NCBI GenBank assembly: GCA_049724395.1
Contig: JAUGWO010000038.1
Coordinates: forward strand, 124,001 to 188,000
Source: Spongospora subterranea f. sp. subterranea
Lineage: Eukaryota
Length of the DNA stretch: 64,000 nt
Reading direction: 5' to 3'
Position numbers and translations under genes: made by a program. The notes under the pieces were generated by a model. That model was not told the origin of the DNA. It was given only the letters and a program-made list of their open reading frames with translations, and ran no database searches. Positions 39,870 to 51,888 of this stretch are shown here, piece by piece (position 1 is the stretch's first letter; every line of letters begins with the position of its first letter).

Positions 39870-41480
39870 ACTTCACAAGATAAATGTCCAAAGCGCACTT
39901 GAAATCGTGATCAAATTAACATTAAAATTGGCAAAAATTCGCCGTATTTCGTGAATATTTTGTTAGGTTTGGGATTCACCAACATATGTTCGTCTTCACT
40001 TCTTTTCTCAAACGCATGCATATCGAAACGGCGACGATGAAAGAAATTGGTTAGGATCGCGCATGCTTGCAAAAGTTCAGGGATTCTCCCTATTGTCGCC
40101 TCAATGTTTTTCATCAACTTGCACCATTGCCGTTTCAGACAGCCGATTCCCCACTCCACCCTGACTCGCATCCCTTCGTCGATTGCTTTGAAAGCGTCGA
40201 TTACTTGCTCATTTGGCATTGGGCCCTCTCTGGCACATCCGGTGCATTATGAACATTTCTTCTCCAACATATCCTGGGTTTCCCAGAAGATATTGAAAAC
40301 ACTCGTCAGTCTGTTGAAAATGTTGCCGCCAGACAGAGCGGCGCAAGTCAATGTAATGCTTCAACAATAACGTAGTTGTTGACCATGATGGCCTATGTAT
40401 CGGTATTGGTAATGCACTACATTGACTTTCGTCATTGTACCATAGCAGGTGTCGTTCTCCAAATGCATCGCTCATTGGTCAACGACATTGTTCCAGCGTT
40501 CCATCAATAAATCCTATGCATGCACGAAAATCTGCCCGTTCTGCAAGGACTCGACGCTTTTCTGCATTTAGCCATGTCAACTCATTAGCTAACAAGAAGT
40601 TGATAACAAATGCGGCATCATCATATGCAAAGGTTTGGACCAATTCCAGCCTTGTGCCGTTAAAACTACCGTATCAACGTGCTTCACGTACATTAAAAAA
40701 ATCAGTTGTTCTGGCAGTAATTGCCAAAACTGGACATACGATTTCACTGAGGCGCCCGGTGTAAAATTGGTCATGACCTTGAACAAAGACGGGTTTTTCT
40801 TAAGGACACCTAGTTGATCATTTTACACCTTCGCCACGGTCAGCAAACCGTTGGTTTTCAATTGCCATTTCTTCATTGTCGAAAAACGCAGTCAAATTCG
40901 TCGCTGCGCTTGCTACCGCGATGAAAACGGACATTTGCTGGTCCAAGACCGCGTCCAGCGTGTCATCACTATCACTTCCGTTCATGGCCATAGGTATCGC
41001 CAAAATATTGAATAATTGTGATTTGTATCTGAATTGACTGGGTGTATTGCAAAGATTGGCGAAAAACTGTGTTGGATACAAGCGCAACCATATAACACTT
41101 ACGTACCAAGGACGGCCACTGTTTTGAAGTGTTGTTTGCGATGCGTTATCTCGAGGACTCGGACATATTGGGTGTGCACCATTCTGAGGCGCTATGGAAA
41201 TGTTTAATGAACGCAGTGAAAACGATACTTGCGACACCTCTTTCAAGGTTTAACGGCTGTTGATTCTCGAACAACGCTTTATACATCCCATATTCCTCAT
41301 GCTTGGAGAGATAAGCCATGAATACGAGTGCTCACTGAACTAAATTTTTGGCTGTGTCTCAGTTTGCTAAGTGTGATTTCTCTGTAATAAAAAAAAATTG
41401 TTAGTGTTTTGTTGACCAATTCATTTGCCAAGTACGGTAGACCTTTTTTTACTGGTTTCAATGAAATTCAGTTAAAAAGC
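39870..41480 (-). mobile_element. Degenerate PIF/Harbinger transposase (HARBI1/DDE_Tnp_4-like) insertion
   Basis: CIGFIDGT, YLLGNPGY (LLGDxGY-like), RVRVEWGIGCLKRQW and ACAILTNF, with stops and frameshifts. It interrupts a duplicated segment. Confidence 0.85.
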
Positions 41481-42134
41481 GCTATGAACACGCGCAGTTC
41501 GTTTGGTTCAAGCTACCATTTCGGAAATACCTAATTTCTACCATCTGGCTCATACGACACGACACTGTATTGTGCTTCGTTTGAAATGTTTCAATTCCTC
41601 GTCTAAAAGGCGCCAGGTGCGACTCTCCACTATGTCTCCGATCGCTGTCGATACCAAAACATAGGTCAACGTTTTCGTGCATGCCCGACAAGTGGGTTTT
41701 CCCATCTCAGGATTGGGGACAACTGATATTAAAGTGTAACGAAACCGTGTCGGGTTATCGCCATCCGGCCACTTACGTTATCGGCTGTGCGGTTGATGCA
41801 TCGTCAGACCAATCGCTCGCTCGAGGACGCGTATCTAAAATTAACTATTGGGTCTTGGCGACAGATTTGAATAAATGTAAGATTCTTGACAATAATACGA
41901 TAGAAAAGCGCCACATTCGCGATCAGTCTGGTCATGGAGAGATAATCCCGTAGTGGTGCAAACGTGGTGTCAACCGTCGTTTGAGGTTTAGACCGATTCT
42001 CAGAGCATGGACTGCGGTAAATGGCCATAACGTATTGGCTATAATTAATCTGCAGTTTTCAATTCCCATTAAGGTCCGTTCTCCTTACGATTTTATGAAG
42101 CGTTATCCATTCACCAAATGTGGAAAAAATTTAC

Positions 42135-43123
42135 TTAATTTGGGAAGGCACTTCCTGTGCTCTGCGTTGTTTGATGGACAATCGCTGTCGCAGACACAGA
42201 GATACGGGCCATGCTCCTTACAACAATTTCTGGAATCCATTTGTTTGTTGAAAACAGCTTCTGAACGATCATCAAACACAGACACAGGGATAGAGTTTTG
42301 GCGACGACCAGAACAGCGAATCGAGGAATATCGTCCCGGATTGATGAAAACATTTCTAGAAAAACAAAGACCATAGACGACAGGTCGAGGAACGTCTTAA
42401 TGAATAACAGCTTGATTATGGTAAAAGTTTTCTGGACCTGTGTTTTCTGTTTGGAATATTTGATAAACCCAATGATGCCCATCCCGAACATATACGCCCC
42501 AGATGAAAACAGCGACAATACAGAAAATCCTGATAGTAGCAAACTTAGTGAATCTTTGTCGCCATCCCCAGCATTATAGGCAACGCGACAGGCTAATGAA
42601 ACTCTTTCTGTCGGCATCTCCATATAAGACGTGTTTGAGATCGCATAATTGGTCGCGGTTATCAAGACAGCCATATAGTATATCTGTACCAGAATCAGGA
42701 CAATCCAGTAATTATTGGCAAATGAGATTACAATTAAAGCAATGTTCAATCGCGTTTGCACTTTAGGCTGTAAAGCGTAGAAAACACACGCGATGCGATT
42801 CAAAAAAAGTTGCTGGTTCGAGTTGGCATCTAGTTGAGCGTTAACAGAAATCTGTAACTAGTTGAGCACTTACAGAACACCTCGAGGGTGAGAAAGTACG
42901 GGCAAAGAGATGTATCAAACAGTGGAATAGCTGTACAGAATATGGCGATAAAAGAGGAGGAAAGGTCTAATATGGCCAACTCTTTTACGACGCGCTGTGA
43001 ATTCATCAAAGGGCGAAACCAATGATTCCGTATAGTTAGACATAGAAAGCCCAGCGATGTTATCGCACATCCAATGTTTGATGGCAATTGATTTGACTGA
43101 AAATCATCAGCGAGAGATGACAT
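42135..43123 (-). CDS. 7TM GPCR-like receptor, copy 1 (exons 43123-42874, 42829-42732, 42683-42135)
   Basis: About 298 aa spliced with 7 hydrophobic segments; TM2 ELAILD, Cys before TM3, FLNRIA at the end of TM3, ECL2 Cys in SLACRV. Confidence 0.75.
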
Positions 43124-44019
43124 TGGCTACCTAGTTCACTCAACCACAATTTGTGGATTGATCAAGGCGGTACAGTCCCTCCTCTGCTCAAACAACTCAT
43201 TTGATGGTACTTGAATCCTTCTAACAATATAGTTGAGCCAATTTGATTTGAAAGTGGTGCAAGACAATTCTAATATCAGCGAAATCGGACTGCCATCATT
43301 TGTAGATTTTGGTAAAGTTCATTCATTATCATAGTGAAAGAAGAGACACCGAACAACCGTCATTACATCGATAATCGCCAAACTAATAAAACCGGCGGGC
43401 TCACCCGACAGAATCCATTTGGGCAACAAACTCGATGACGGGATCCCTGATACTACTACAACATCGGTGAATCAATCAGCGATGATGGATTGGCCGAGCG
43501 ATTGAGCAATTCAAATGGCGTAGTGGAAATGGCGTAGTGGAATTCCCCTGTGCTCCTATTGGGTTCAGGAACGAATTGGGTATAATCACTTTCACACTAC
43601 CATTGTTTTATGGTCAGACTATTGGACAAAATGGAACTGCTTTATCCGGCAGACCACTGGCGATAACGAAGGCTGCCGTAAGGCGGACCATTCTCGCCGC
43701 AGAGCAGGTCTGTTTTCGCTTCCTAATTTCCGAATCTGGTGAACCCCAAAAGTATTCAACAGCGCGGACATGTTAAGGTTCGGGACGCACCATTTCACCA
43801 ATGAATTCAAGGACGAATAACCACCGACGACCTTCCCAACGTAAATGAGTCCAACAGATCAGCAGGTTGAAATTCTCTGAATCACATGCTTGCCGCAGAA
43901 CGCAATCCAACGCGTGATGCGCTCAATAGTAAAATCCTCAACGTTCCGTTTCAACGCGAAAGCGAGAGTTTGTTCAGCGTACATGTGTATTTGCTGTGTT
44001 TTTGCTGTACAACGCGATT

Positions 44020-45030
44020 TCAATAAATCGCTGGCGATTTCGTTACGATTTTGAGACTTGAATCACTTTTCTTTGATTGATGCTCGAGGGCCGCCGGAGA
44101 TGCAAAGATACGGGCGATGATTCTTGAAACAATCTCTCGAATCCATTTGTTTGTCGAAAACAGGTTCTGGACGATTGTGAAGCACAGACCCAGCGATAGT
44201 GTCTTGGCTATGACCAGAATAGCGAATCGGGGGATATCATCTCGGACTGATGAAAACATCTCTAGAAATACAAATACCATAGACGATAAGTCGAGGATCG
44301 TCTTAATGAACAGCAGCTTGATTATGAAGAAAGTTTTCTGGACCTGTGTTTTCTGCTTGGAATATTTGATAAAACCAATTAGGCCCATCGCGAACAAGAA
44401 TGCACCAGCTAAAAACAGAAACAATCCAGAGAGCATTGAAAGTGCCAAAACTAGTCCTTCATCGTCGTCAGCACCAGCTTTATAGGCGACACGACAGGCT
44501 AATGCAACTCTCTCTGCCGGCATCTCCATATACGAGGTATTCGAGAATATCATACTGATGTTGTTGAGAACCACAGACACATAGTATATCTGCATCAGAA
44601 TAAGGGCAATCCAGGGTTTGTTGGCAAGTGTTTCTTACAATCAATGCAATGTTCAATCGCGTTTGCACTTTAGGTTGTAAAGCGTAAAAAACGCATGCGA
44701 TACGATTCAGAAAAAGTTGCTGGTTCGAGTTCATATCTATTTAAGCGTTAGTTTTGATTAGGAAATAGAAGATAACGTACAAAAAATTTCAAGGGCAAGA
44801 AAGTATGGGCAAAGCGATGTATCAATCAGTGGAATAGCTGTACAGAATATGGCAACAAAGCAGGAGACAAGGTCCAATATGGCCAACTCCTTGACGATGC
44901 GCTGTGAACTCCTTAGTTGTCGGAACCAATGATTCCGTATGGTCAAAAATAAGAAACCCATCGTTGTTATCGCACATCCTACAGATGATGGCAGCAGATT
45001 TGACTGAAAATCACCAGCGAGATCTGACAT
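44020..45030 (-). CDS. 7TM GPCR-like receptor, copy 2 (intact, 3 exons)
   Basis: Paralog of 42135-43123 with identical intron positions. Confidence 0.75.
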
Positions 45031-45359
45031 TGATGTAATGAACAAACCTGAGAATTGATCATGGCGGTACAGTCGCTGTTCTCGTCAAACAATTCATTTG
45101 AGGGCATTTTGATTTTTGGAGGAGTATTTCTCTGCCAATTTGATTTCAAAAGTGGTTCAAGACAATACCCAGATCAATGAAAACTGACTTCAGTATATTG
45201 TCAATGTTTGAAATAGTTTAATCCCAGAGCAAAGAGAGATCACCGAAAATCAGTCCATGGATAATGGCCAAAAGAAAAGCACCAGCGAGCCCGCCAGAAT
45301 CTATTCGCCAATGACAGACCCCATGATTTCTGATTATATAAACAGATCGGTGACACTGC

Positions 45360-45760
45360 AGAGCAGTCAGCTATGATGGATTGGTCGTGGGAATGCGTGC
45401 GACTTAAGGGCGGTTCCTATGGAGGAAGATTGGCCTCCTGCGATTCACTTGGTAGAAAATCGAATTGGGAGATATTAACTTCCCACTAAACATTGTATCG
45501 GTCAACCTGGTACACAAAATGGAAATGTTTTGATTCGACTGAGGCCCTGACGAAGAACCTGAACAAACAACAAAAGGAAATTAAAAGCAACTGGCCTCAT
45601 CAGTTTGCCATGTTCCGCAGGACCATCTGAAAGGTCCGTTGATCGTTCGTTGTGGATCAGCCGCGACGATCAGCGTTGCACAACAATCGAATCGATAACA
45701 AAAGGACCGACTACGCGGAAACCAACAACATGGACATTTACTACGACGATTCGATTTTGG
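45360..45760 (+). pseudogene. Probable relic of the CAP-KKPTT family (second relic near 43400-43700)
   Basis: LPCSAGPS...CTTIESITKGPTTRKPTT resembles LPYQSGPSC...CTSVVPKTTKKPTT. ATGATGGATTGG at 43482 and 45373 resembles VMDGWP of CAP copy 3. Confidence 0.4.
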
Positions 45761-46346
45761 TCTGGTATAATAGTGAATTCCGCTTACCTGTTGGAATTCA
45801 GGGACGATTTGACGAGCGACGACCTTCACCACCGTAATAGCCATCGTTAATCTTCCAACAGATCAGCAAGATATACTACGGATAACGACTCGGTCATGTT
45901 CCTATCCTCATCTGACCATCATTGGTGTTTTCTTGACCAACTCCGTTCGCTGGACTGAAGTTGTCATTTCATGCTGTCTTATTTCGACAACTTGGATCAT
46001 ACGGAACTGTTTTGTGTTCTCCATAAATCGGTGATTCATCGTTAACAAGGCGCTCGGGGCAACTTTCGTCTTTTGCCAATGCAAATCTAAAGCCAGGCCC
46101 CCGCCTCAGTCGGCATCAAGAACACGCGTCGTTTCTTCTCCGCACATGGAATGCGAAATATGGTCGAAGGTTATCGACACCGCCAATCCAATAAACACTA
46201 TTGATCCTGATCCTTTTCCATTGTAATATTTTTGATTCGAGTCAGTTTCCATTATGGTTTCACTAGGTGTAGCGTTATCCAGGTCAGGGAAATACAATAA
46301 TATTCATGTTACGTTGAGGGGAAAACGATACACTCGTTGTGCCAAC

Positions 46347-47329
46347 TCATGAGGGTCCTTCATTGTTCGTTGTTTGATAGGAAAGCATCGATGGAGCTAC
46401 GATGATACGGGCCATGTTCTTTGGGAGAACTTCTGGCATTGTTTTGTTCGCCGAGAACAGCTTATGAACGATGGCCAAACACAGACACAGGGATAGGATC
46501 TTGGCGATCACTAGAACAGCGAATCGAACAACATCGTCGCGGATTGATGAAAACATTTCTAGAAAAACAAATACTATAGACGACAAGTCAAGGATTGTCT
46601 TGATGAATACCAGCTTGATTATCGTAAACGTTTTCTGGACCTGGGCTTCCTGCTTGGAATACTTGATAAAACCAATGATGCCCATCCAAAGCATATACCC
46701 TGTAGATAACAACAGCGACATTCCAGAGAATGTTGATAATCCCAAACTTAGTGGGTCGTCGTCGCCAGCGCCAGCTTTATAGGCAACGCGACAATTCAAT
46801 GAAGTTCTTTCTGTTGGTATCTCCATATACGACGTTTTTGTAAATATATAACTGGTCGCGTTCCAGATATCAGCAACATAGTATATCTGTATCAGAATAA
46901 GGACAATGCGGGAATGTTGGCAAAAAAGTTTCTTACAATCAATGCAATGTTCAATCGTCTTTGTACTTTAGGCTGTAAAGCGTAGAAAACACACGCGATA
47001 CGATTCAGAAAAAGTTGCTGGTTCGAGTTTGTATCTAGTTGAGCGTTAACAAAATCCTGACATTAGGACAAAACGTACAAAATTATTTCCAGAGTGAGAA
47101 AGTATGGGCAAAGAGACATATCGAACAGTGGAATAGCTGCACAGAATATGCCAAGAAAGCAGGAGACAAGGTCCAATATGGCCAACTCCTTGACAATGAG
47201 CTGTGAATTGTTCGAATTGCGAAACCAATGATTCCGTATAGTTAAAATTAAAAAACCCATCGTGGATATCACACTTCCTAGGGTTGATGGCAATTCATTT
47301 GCTTGAAAATCATCAGTGAGAGACGACAT
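46347..47329 (-). CDS. 7TM GPCR-like receptor, copy 3 (apparent +1 base at 47083-84 before intron 1)
   Basis: Paralog; GAA ATA ATT TT|GT here versus GAA ATA TTT T|GT in copy 4. Confidence 0.7.
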
Positions 47330-47548
47330 TGACTTGATAACATACAATAATCGCAACTAAAGAATTGTTGATGAGGGTACGATCGTTTGTCATCAAGAAC
47401 CCATTGAAAGGTACCTGTTTCTTTCAAGAATTTTTCTGCGACCACATTATTGTAAACGTGTTAAAGAGAACACCCACACCATAACTGCAATTTCTTGCGT
47501 TGGTTGAAAGCGTTTGAAAACGGGAATTTCTGAGGTTATTTGGGGAAT

Positions 47549-48553
47549 TTATACACTCATTGAACCACTCATGAGGGTGCTTCGATTTTCGTTCTTTGAT
47601 GAATGAGCCCCACTGCAAAGACAGAGATACAAATGGGCTATGCTTCTTGAAACAGTTTTTTTAAGCCATGTGTTTGCAGAGAACAGCTTCTGAACGATTA
47701 TCAAACACAGACACAGAGCTAGGGTCTTGGCGACGACCAGAACAAAGAATCGAGGAATATCGTCGCGGACTGATGAAAACATCTCTAGAAAAACAAATAC
47801 CATAGACGACAGATCGAGGATCGTCTTAATGAACAACAGCTTGATTATTGAAAACGTTTGCTGGACCTGGGTTTTCTGTTTGGAATATTTGATAAACCCA
47901 AGGATGCCCATCCAGAGCATATACGCTCCAGTTAAAAAAAACGACAATCCAGAAAACATTGATAGTAGCAAACTTAGTGAATCGTTGTCGCCAGCACCAG
48001 CTTTATAGGCAACGCGACAGGCTAATGAAACTCTTTCTGTCGGCATCTCCATATAAGACGTGTTTGAGATCATGTAGCTGATGGCGTTTATAATAGCAGC
48101 CACATAGTATATCTGTACCAGAGTAAGGGCAATCCAGGATAAATTGGAGAATGTCTCTTACAATCAAGGCAATGTTCAATCGCGTTTGCACTTTAGGCTG
48201 TAAAACGTAGAAAACACAAGCAACACGATTAAGAAAAAGTTGCTGGTTCGCGTTTGTATCTAGTTGAGCGTTAGTTTGAACTTGGAAATAGAAGATAACG
48301 TACAAAATATTTCAAGGGCAAGAAAGTATGGGCAAAGCGATGTATCAATCAGTGGAATAGCTGTACAGAATATGGCACCAAAGCAGGAGACAAGGTCTAA
48401 TATGGCCAACTCTTTGACGATGAGCTGTGAGTTCGTCAAAGGGCGAAACCAATGATTCCGTATAGTTATATATAAGAAGCCCATCGTCATTATCACACAT
48501 CCTATGTTTGATGGCGATTGATTTGCTTGAAAATCATCAGCGAGAGATGACAT
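47549..48553 (-). CDS. 7TM GPCR-like receptor, copy 4 (apparent +1 base in the C-tail at 47635-37)
   Basis: Paralog with the same 3-exon structure. Removing one base restores an EAPS* end like the EGPS* end of copy 3. Confidence 0.75.
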
Positions 48554-48710
48554 TGACTTGTAGGAGCTATCGAATCGCAACTTGTGGATTGATCATGGCG
48601 GTACGTTCGCCGGTCGTCTAACGACCCACGAACGGTACTTAATTTCCTCAAGAATCTTTCCGCGAACCATTTGGGGTCATGTACAGCACATATGGGTATA
48701 CAGTCGAATA

Positions 48711-48932
48711 CAATTCGATTGCAGCAAAAGTGTGCACAAAAATTGGGTTGCCCAACAGATCACATAATGTTTGACGATCTGGCGTAAAGTTTGCTGGAGG
48801 GTTGGGACCATCGCGTCTCGAGAGGAAGCATTGAAGTGAGCAGTAATAGCCTGAAGAGAGACTGCAATTATCAAGGAATTCAACGGAGGTCAATCTCGAG
48901 GGTGAATATCCACCGACTGATGAGCGTCCGGC
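48711..48932. repeat. Inverted copy of 51476-51690
   Basis: TTTGACGATCTGGCGTAAAGTTTGCTG...GACTGCAATTATC followed by the reverse complement of the 51476-51534 spacer. Confidence 0.85.
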
Positions 48933-49148
48933 GGCCGTCTTCAAGTCTGGCGACGGGAGGTATTGGTCATGTGCTGGCGCCGATCTCTCGGAAAGAAAGA
49001 ATAGACAGCTTGTTAAAATTTGAATCCATGCCTGCGCGATGATCGAATCGCTGATTAATGGCACCTTTAGCAGAAGCGTGCCACAGTATCACCAGCACAA
49101 TAGACACACCATACGCACGACATTCGAACTTGGTGCGACAGCGTCTAA

Positions 49149-49214
49149 AATAAGCAGAATAAACCGATCGAGAATTTGAACGGGCCAAATCCTGATCTGT
49201 TTATTCTGCTTATT
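49149..49214. repeat. 16-bp perfect inverted repeat (hairpin)
   Basis: AATAAGCAGAATAAAC (49149-64) / GTTTATTCTGCTTATT (49199-214). Confidence 0.85.
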
Positions 49215-50180
49215 CAGTTAAGTTCGAGTGTTGAGCGCAACCTCCTTGATACATGATGAGACTACTGTACCTGTGATATTCGGGTGACTCTGCGCTCATC
49301 CCTATCGTGCACTGCGGTGTATAATGAATCAGGGTTTACATGTCAGTCCACAGTCGTTTTCGAGTGCACTCCGACCTACTCCGACATCGTCACATCGATA
49401 TACTGACGGCGGTGGGCAAAAGAGGCCGTGCACTCCGACGTCAAAATATAAACGTGGGTCGGTCAGGTAAAGGAGTGGAGTCCCCGGAGTGCGTGTGGAC
49501 AATGCTGGAAACGTTCGCTCTTTCTCGTGCGCGATATGGAGTTTTTCCCGTGTCGACCAAATTTACTTTGATGAACTGGGCAGATGTGTTTTGATATTAT
49601 CAATCCCAATTTTCAGATAACTTTCATATGTGCTGTCGGGTTCTACGTGGACCGCAAATGCCCATTTGACCCTGACCACAACTTGACCGGGTCATCCTGT
49701 AGCCGACCCCATGTAATCTGCTATAGGTCAGCGCTGCAATTCGCCTTGCATTAGGTTTCGCAAAGTTGATCCGGTCAAGGCAGATCAGAATTTGCTGCGT
49801 TGGAAAAAGTGTAACCTTCTAAGGCTTTTCCAGCCCATTCACGTTAAACACTGGATTTGATCGCTTGTAGCGACGCTGTTCTTTGTTCAACAACCGCCTG
49901 TCGCGTGACTTCTTTGGGCAAATCAGGGCAACGTTCTCACCCGACTCTAGATGTTAATGGATGCCCTCTGATCCTCGTCATTATTGACACTCATCGCCAG
50001 CACCACAGAAACAACATCATTGGGTTTTGAGGAAATCACTGGAATTCAGAGTTTCGGTGTACCAATTTAAAATGTCTTACACGGTAGTTTCCCAACGCTC
50101 GACACTTCAACGCAGGCTGTTTGACGCTGATCACGTTCATGATTCTACATAAGGACAAACCGGACAGGGACGTAAGTTCG

Positions 50181-51164
50181 TCAGGCTTTAATTGTTGACT
50201 GAATTTTCACTATTTGGTTTTTAGCGGGATTTGGAAACCGGTTGGTCGTGACGACAGTGCGGAGCCATTTGGAATCGGACAGCAGCTTGTAAACGATGGT
50301 GGCGCATAGGCCCAGGGACAGAATTCTCGCCGTGATCAGGACGGCTAGCCGATAGGAGTCGTCGCGAACCGTCGAGAACATCTCGAGAAAGACGAAAATC
50401 ATCGACGACATGTCGAGGGTCATCTTGATGAACAACATCTTGATCAAGGTGAACGAATTGTGCGAGTTCCCGTACTGTTTGCAGAATTTGACGAACCCGA
50501 TCAGGCCCTTCCCGATCATGTATCCTTCCGACAGCACCAACAATATTCCCGGCAGCATGGACAGCATCATCTCGGGGCCACTGCTCGCGTCCCCGCCGAC
50601 GATATAGGCAACGCGACAGATTAGCGCCACTCGTTCGGTCGGCACCTCCATGTACGAGGTGTTGGAGATCATATACCCGATGGAGGACATGAGGGTCGCA
50701 ATGTAGTTTATCTGGGCCATGATTAGAACGAGACGGCGACGTTCAAGATGAACGATATACGATAAGGGCGATGTTCAAACGTTTTTGAACTTTAGGTTCT
50801 AGGACGTAGAAAACCGACGCGATGCGATTCAGGAAAATTTGCTGGTTGGAATTGGTGTCTGGTGCGCATTCGTTAGTTGACATCGGCCAAAACGAAAACC
50901 ACAGAACCGACAGTAGATTTCCAGGACGAGAAAGTATGGGCAAAGCGATGTGTCGAACATCGGGATACACATCGAGATGATAGCGGTGAAACACGCGACA
51001 AGATCGATCACAGCCAGCTCCTGTACGGCCCGTTTCTGGGTTTTATCAGAGCGGAACCAGTGGTTGTTTATGGTTAGGGCGATAAACCCGAGCGTCATCA
51101 CGATGAATATGATGCTCGAGGGCAGTATGTTGGCCCAGAAATCATCGACGACGGACGGCGACAT
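50181..51164 (-). CDS. 7TM GPCR-like receptor, copy 5 (most divergent, GC-richer, intact)
   Basis: ELAVID, SLCPYFLVLEI, NSNQQIFLNRIA and ERVALICRVAY, with the same two introns. Confidence 0.75.
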
Positions 51165-51370
51165 CGCGATAAGTTTTCGCTTGAGAGAAAATATGTGGAT
51201 GGTGATCTGGTACAGTCAATGGAGTATCGCCAGAATGTGATCTTTGGTACCATCGTTGATGGGATGACGTGTACTGAAACGCTCTCATTCAATGATTTCC
51301 AACTTAGTCAGAACGTTCATATTCTGGAAATTATGACACCTGGCAATCGCAACACACCTAACAAACAAGT

Positions 51371-51639
51371 TTTGTCGATCTGTCGTAAAGTTTGCTGGAG
51401 TGTCCGGGCCATCGCGTCTCGAGAGGAAGCATTGAAGTGAGCAGTAATAGCCGGGAGAGAGACTGCAATTATCGGCCGGACGCTCATCAGTCTGTGGATA
51501 TCACCCCCGAGATCGCCGACCTCCGTCAAGTTCCCCGATAATTGCAGTCTCTCTTCCGGCTATTACTTCTCACTTCAATACGTCCTCTCGAGACGCGATG
51601 GTCCGAACACTTCAGCAAACTTTACGCCAGATCGACAAA
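51371..51639. repeat. Foldback: 105-bp imperfect inverted arms around a 59-bp spacer
   Basis: Arm 51371-51475 is the near reverse complement of arm 51535-51639. Confidence 0.92.
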
Positions 51640-51888
51640 CATTGTGTCAGAACCCTGTTTTTTGTGCATACTTGTGCTGCACTCAAATTCATCTTGGGCT
51701 CCCACCGCGTGGCACGGCACGAGCTGGCGACAGACTGTAATTTGCGTGATCTGGCGTGGTGTTTTGTTTGGTGGGGGGTCAGAGTGACTCCCACCCACCG
51801 CAGCGGCGATAAAATATGGAGTCGGCAGAATTGGCGTTGCGGGCACATCTCTATTGCCGTGGATATAGGGTGACGTGGTCGTTGGCCG

